This document shows positions 60,965 through 64,000 of a stretch of DNA of 64,000 nt, in pieces. The stretch is from Blastocatellia bacterium (GTDB lineage Bacteria; Acidobacteriota; Blastocatellia; UBA7656). A program made the position numbers and the translations under genes. The notes below the pieces were generated by a model. It was not told where the DNA came from. It ran no database searches and saw only the letters and a program-made list of their open reading frames with translations. Numbering within the stretch: the stretch's first letter is position 1; every line of letters begins with the position of its first letter. The DNA is taken from assembly GCA_963765495.1 (NCBI GenBank), contig CAVXWP010000003.1, positions 64,001-128,000 of the forward strand, in the 5' to 3' direction.

Positions 60965-61989
60965 TATGGCAAGGCGAATTTGGCGGGCTATTTACGACAA
61001 GTTCAGATGGTCGCTACTGGGCAGGTGAGAACTGTTTTGTGCTGCGGAGTGAAAATGGAAAATTCATTGATGATCAGACGGCTCTTACAGTAGCAATGTG
61101 GCTTGAGGATAGAGCAGGGCTTCTAATACTTGAAGGGCCGCCCGGGTCGGGCAAGACGAGTCTGGCGAAATGCCTCGCTGATGCGAAGAACGCGCCGCTC
61201 TACAGACTGGAATGCTACAAATCAATCGGCAGGCGCGAGGCGCTTTATGATTGGGATGAGCGATTGCAAGAGATAGAACTAAAGCGATGGGTAGAGCATC
61301 ACGGCGAACTGCCCGACACGGCTGCAACTGTGATCTATCAGTCACAAATGATGGTACCGGGCGTCCTCACCAGAGCCTTGATGGATCAGCACCCGGATGT
61401 TTTTGTCCTCATAAATGAACTGGATAAGATTCCTGACCAGGAAGCTTTTGAGGCACTGCTTTTGGAGTACCTCGATGAGCACGCGATCACAGTCGCTGAA
61501 ACCGGTGAGCGCATAATGCCCGTTGCTAAAAGGCATCCTCACACGATCATCACATCAAATGCCGGTGTGCCCGGAGCCAGCCTCAGAGATTCTCTTTCAT
61601 ATCCTGTGCTCAGGCGAGGTAAGTACGTTTACCTGCCGGAAGCCGACCGCAAGCGCCAATATGCAATACTTCGTCAAGCAGCGCCGGGACTGAATCCTTT
61701 TGTGCTCCGTGACGCGGTGCTTTTTGTAGAGAAAGCATCACAGTGGGAGCTACAAAAGCCGATTGCGCTCAATGAAACAATCATGTGGGCGCGCTCGCTT
61801 GAGTGGTTATGTGTGACAGAGTTGAGCGAGCAGGTGATACTATCGAGTCTGGCGGACCTGGCGAAATCGAGAGAGGATGCAGAGAGGCTTAGCTCGGCAA
61901 CCAGATGCTTGCTTCAGTATGTGCGCAATCAAAGGGCAACCCTTCCAATAGAACATAAACCGGCCAACGAGGCGACCACAGTCTCATGA
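60965..61989 (+). CDS. MoxR/CoxD-like AAA+ ATPase, probably 5'-truncated by the IS
   Basis: GPPGSGKT, RLECY..ALYDWD, LINELDK (Walker B D to N), ITSN, LRR; frame open back to the IS end. Confidence 0.75.
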
Positions 61990-62225
61990 TCCAGGCTAAG
62001 AAGCCTGTCCGGCGGTTGCCCAGAGTATTACCTGATTTCGCTTTTGAACACAGCTTCAGTTTTTAGCCTCTTGCTTGAGAAGGGCTATTTCTTCCGGCGT
62101 CAAATCAAACCGGGAACGGATCCGCTCGTATAATCAGGCGCGTTGTTCGTTCGTCAAACAGGCAGCAGAACCAGCAACTCTCTATTCAGCAGCCTTTACG
62201 ATTGACTTTCAAAACTCTTGCCTCT

Positions 62226-63290
62226 TTAAGGTTTGATTGCAACCTTAAGCACGCCCTCAAGCCGCTCGCCGAATATGCGGTAGCCTTCGGCGATCTCATC
62301 CAATGAGAATCGGTGCGTGATAAGCAGCGTCGGATCAAACTGACCTGATTCCACTACGCTCATCAGTCGGCGCATTCGCTCCTTCCCGCCCGGACATAAT
62401 GTAGTCACTACGCGGTAATCGCCTAAGCCCGCGGCGAAGGCGTCATAAGGTATTTGCAGCTTGCCCGAATAAACGCCCAGGCTCGAAAGCACTCCGCCGG
62501 GTCTGAGGCTTTGCAAACACTGCTCGAAAGTTTGCTGAGTGCCAAGCGCCTCAATCGCCACATCCGCACCGCCACCCGTCAGCCGTTTTACTTCCGCTAC
62601 TATGTCTACCTCGCGGAAGTCGAGCACAACATCCGCGCCCATCTTCCGGGCCGTCTCTAAGCGACTCTGATCTCCGTCAACCCCGATAACAAGCGACGCG
62701 CCCATCAATTTCGCGCCCGCCGTCGCGCACAACCCGATTGGTCCTTGCGCCAGCACTACGACTGCATCACCGATCTTCACGCCGCCCGATTCTGCGCCGC
62801 TGAAGCCGGTCGAGGCGATGTCAGCAAGCAACACTACTTGCTCATCAGTCAGACTATCAGGAATCTTAGAGAGATTTGCCTGTGCGTAGGGCACGAGCAG
62901 ATATTCAGCCTGGGCACCATTGATCGTGTTGCCGAAGCGCCACCCGCCAATGGCCTCGTATCCGCTGCCGTGGCCGCACTGAGAAAGATGGCCCGAAAGG
63001 CAGGCGTTGCACTGCCCGCAAGGAGTTATCGCGCCGACAAGCACCCTATCACCTATTTCGTAGCCCGATACGCCCGGTCCAATCTCTTCGATAACACCTA
63101 CGGGTTCGTGGCCGATGATCAAACCGGACTTGACCGGATACTCGCCGCGCACGATATGGAGATCGGTACCGCATATCGTGGTAAGCGTGATCCGAATCAC
63201 AGCCTCGCCAGCACTGGCGCGAGGCCGTTCGACTTCTTCAACGCGAATATTATTCACGTCGTGAAAAACGGTTGCTTTCATCTTTTTCAT
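62226..63290 (-). CDS. Zinc-dependent alcohol dehydrogenase (MDR family)
   Basis: ICGTDLH, GHE, CGQCNAC..C, DIASTG, QGPIG. Confidence 0.92.
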   Translation of the reverse strand: MKKMKATVFHDVNNIRVEEVERPRASAGEAVIRITLTTICGTDLHIVRGEYPVKSGLIIGHEPVGVIEEIGPGVSGYEIGDRVLVGAITPCGQCNACLSGHLSQCGHGSGYEAIGGWRFGNTINGAQAEYLLVPYAQANLSKIPDSLTDEQVVLLADIASTGFSGAESGGVKIGDAVVVLAQGPIGLCATAGAKLMGASLVIGVDGDQSRLETARKMGADVVLDFREVDIVAEVKRLTGGGADVAIEALGTQQTFEQCLQSLRPGGVLSSLGVYSGKLQIPYDAFAAGLGDYRVVTTLCPGGKERMRRLMSVVESGQFDPTLLITHRFSLDEIAEGYRIFGERLEGVLKVAIKP

Positions 63291-63316
63291 TTCATTACTC
63301 CTTTTTCAAATAACGA

Positions 63317-63332
63317 GGCAATTCATATGCCT
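63317..63332 (-). promoter_or_regulatory. Putative sigma54 promoter
   Basis: Minus strand AGGCAT-ATGAA-TTGCC just upstream of the ADH RBS. Confidence 0.7.
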
Positions 63333-63456
63333 GCAATCCTGGCATCTAAAACCCGCAATCGAGTTTAGAGAAGAGCGAACGGGGCTTTTTTCGCCGGGTG
63401 TATGGGAAAATATTGAGCAAGCATAACGGTCTTCACAGGCAGAGCGGGAATGTGAT

Positions 63457-63494
63457 TGCGTAAAGTTCCCCAGAACTTAGAGCGAAAGCCCGCA
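63457..63494 (+). promoter_or_regulatory. Tandem 16-bp enhancer-like sites
   Basis: TGCGTAAAGTTCCCCA and AGAGCGAAAGCCCGCA, 22 bp apart. Confidence 0.6.
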
Positions 63495-63634
63495 CAGATG
63501 CCGGGCATAAACCACGATACTGGCCAGAAAAGCCTACTCTCACCCCGTTCAAACCGGCACAGCGATTGCCCCTTCCAGTGTAAGGCTATACTGTGGGCAC
63601 CTCGCTTGATGCCTGTCAGCAGGAGTAATCGGCT

Positions 63635-64000
63635 ATGAAATTCAGCGTACTGGCATTAGATTATGACGGAACGATAGCCCGTGAAGGCGTGCTTGATCCT
63701 GCGGTCCGCGCTCGGATCAAAGATATCCGCGCAAGTGGAATAACAGTAGTGCTTGTGACAGGGCGAATACTTGGCGATTTGAGGCGAGTGATGGGCGACC
63801 TTCGGTTGTTTGACGCCATTGTCGCCGAAAACGGGGCTGTCATGGCCTTCCCGAACTCTGGCCGCTCGACTGCGCTCGGTCATCCCCCTCAGCCCGCCTT
63901 CTTGAAAGAACTCAATCGGCGAGGCATCCGCTTCGATACGGGCGAATGTGTCATCGAAGCCGATGCCGATCTGGCCTGTCAAATCCTTCCGGTCATTCGC
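63635..64000 (+). CDS. HAD-superfamily (Cof-like) hydrolase, runs off the window
   Basis: Manual translation: MKFSVLALDYDGT..LVTGR..VAENGA; AGGAG RBS. Confidence 0.88.
   Translation, partial: MKFSVLALDYDGTIAREGVLDPAVRARIKDIRASGITVVLVTGRILGDLRRVMGDLRLFDAIVAENGAVMAFPNSGRSTALGHPPQPAFLKELNRRGIRFDTGECVIEADADLACQILPVIR

Noticed and set aside
60284-61093. 269-aa plus-strand ORF
   Set aside because: Antisense to the IS4 transposase; no motifs.
15550-63630. FNR/FixK boxes (TTGAT-N4-ATCAA) for the hypoxia genes
   Set aside because: No convincing full site was seen by eye in the intergenic regions.

Overview
Bacterial window, probably Acidobacteriota (Blastocatellia-like; inferred from protein families only), in four parts. 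(1) 0.1-12.7 kb: a subclass B3 metallo-beta-lactamase, a hemicellulose cluster (GH51, GH3-PA14, Tat-exported GH29), a Tat-exported class V PLP enzyme, an alpha-amino acid ester hydrolase and a DUF3500 protein. (2) 12.7-15.5 kb: an IS5 remnant, a decayed AbiE toxin-antitoxin pair and an L,D-transpeptidase fragment. (3) 15.6-64 kb: a hypoxia/dormancy-type island with a broken N-ATPase operon, ackA-xfp, a P-type ATPase, a group 3b [NiFe]-hydrogenase, a PAS kinase, ppsA, three USP genes, two BON proteins, Hsp20, an archease, a DksA-like protein, ADH and a HAD hydrolase. Many of its transcription units carry sigma54 -24/-12 promoters and share a tandem 16-bp enhancer-like motif. (4) Inside the island, 51.2-54.4 kb, is the best candidate for an undescribed system: an intact two-gene cassette encoding an HEXXH zinc metalloprotease-like protein with a Gly-rich tail and an apparent QatB-QatC (QueC-family) fusion, with no qatA or qatD. 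The window is heavily scarred by microhomology deletions, IS and MITE insertions, and an apparent 6.3-kb inversion of atpAG-ackA-xfp between 8-bp inverted repeats. No rRNA, tRNA or CRISPR array was recognised. All family assignments come from reading motifs by eye; no database search was run.
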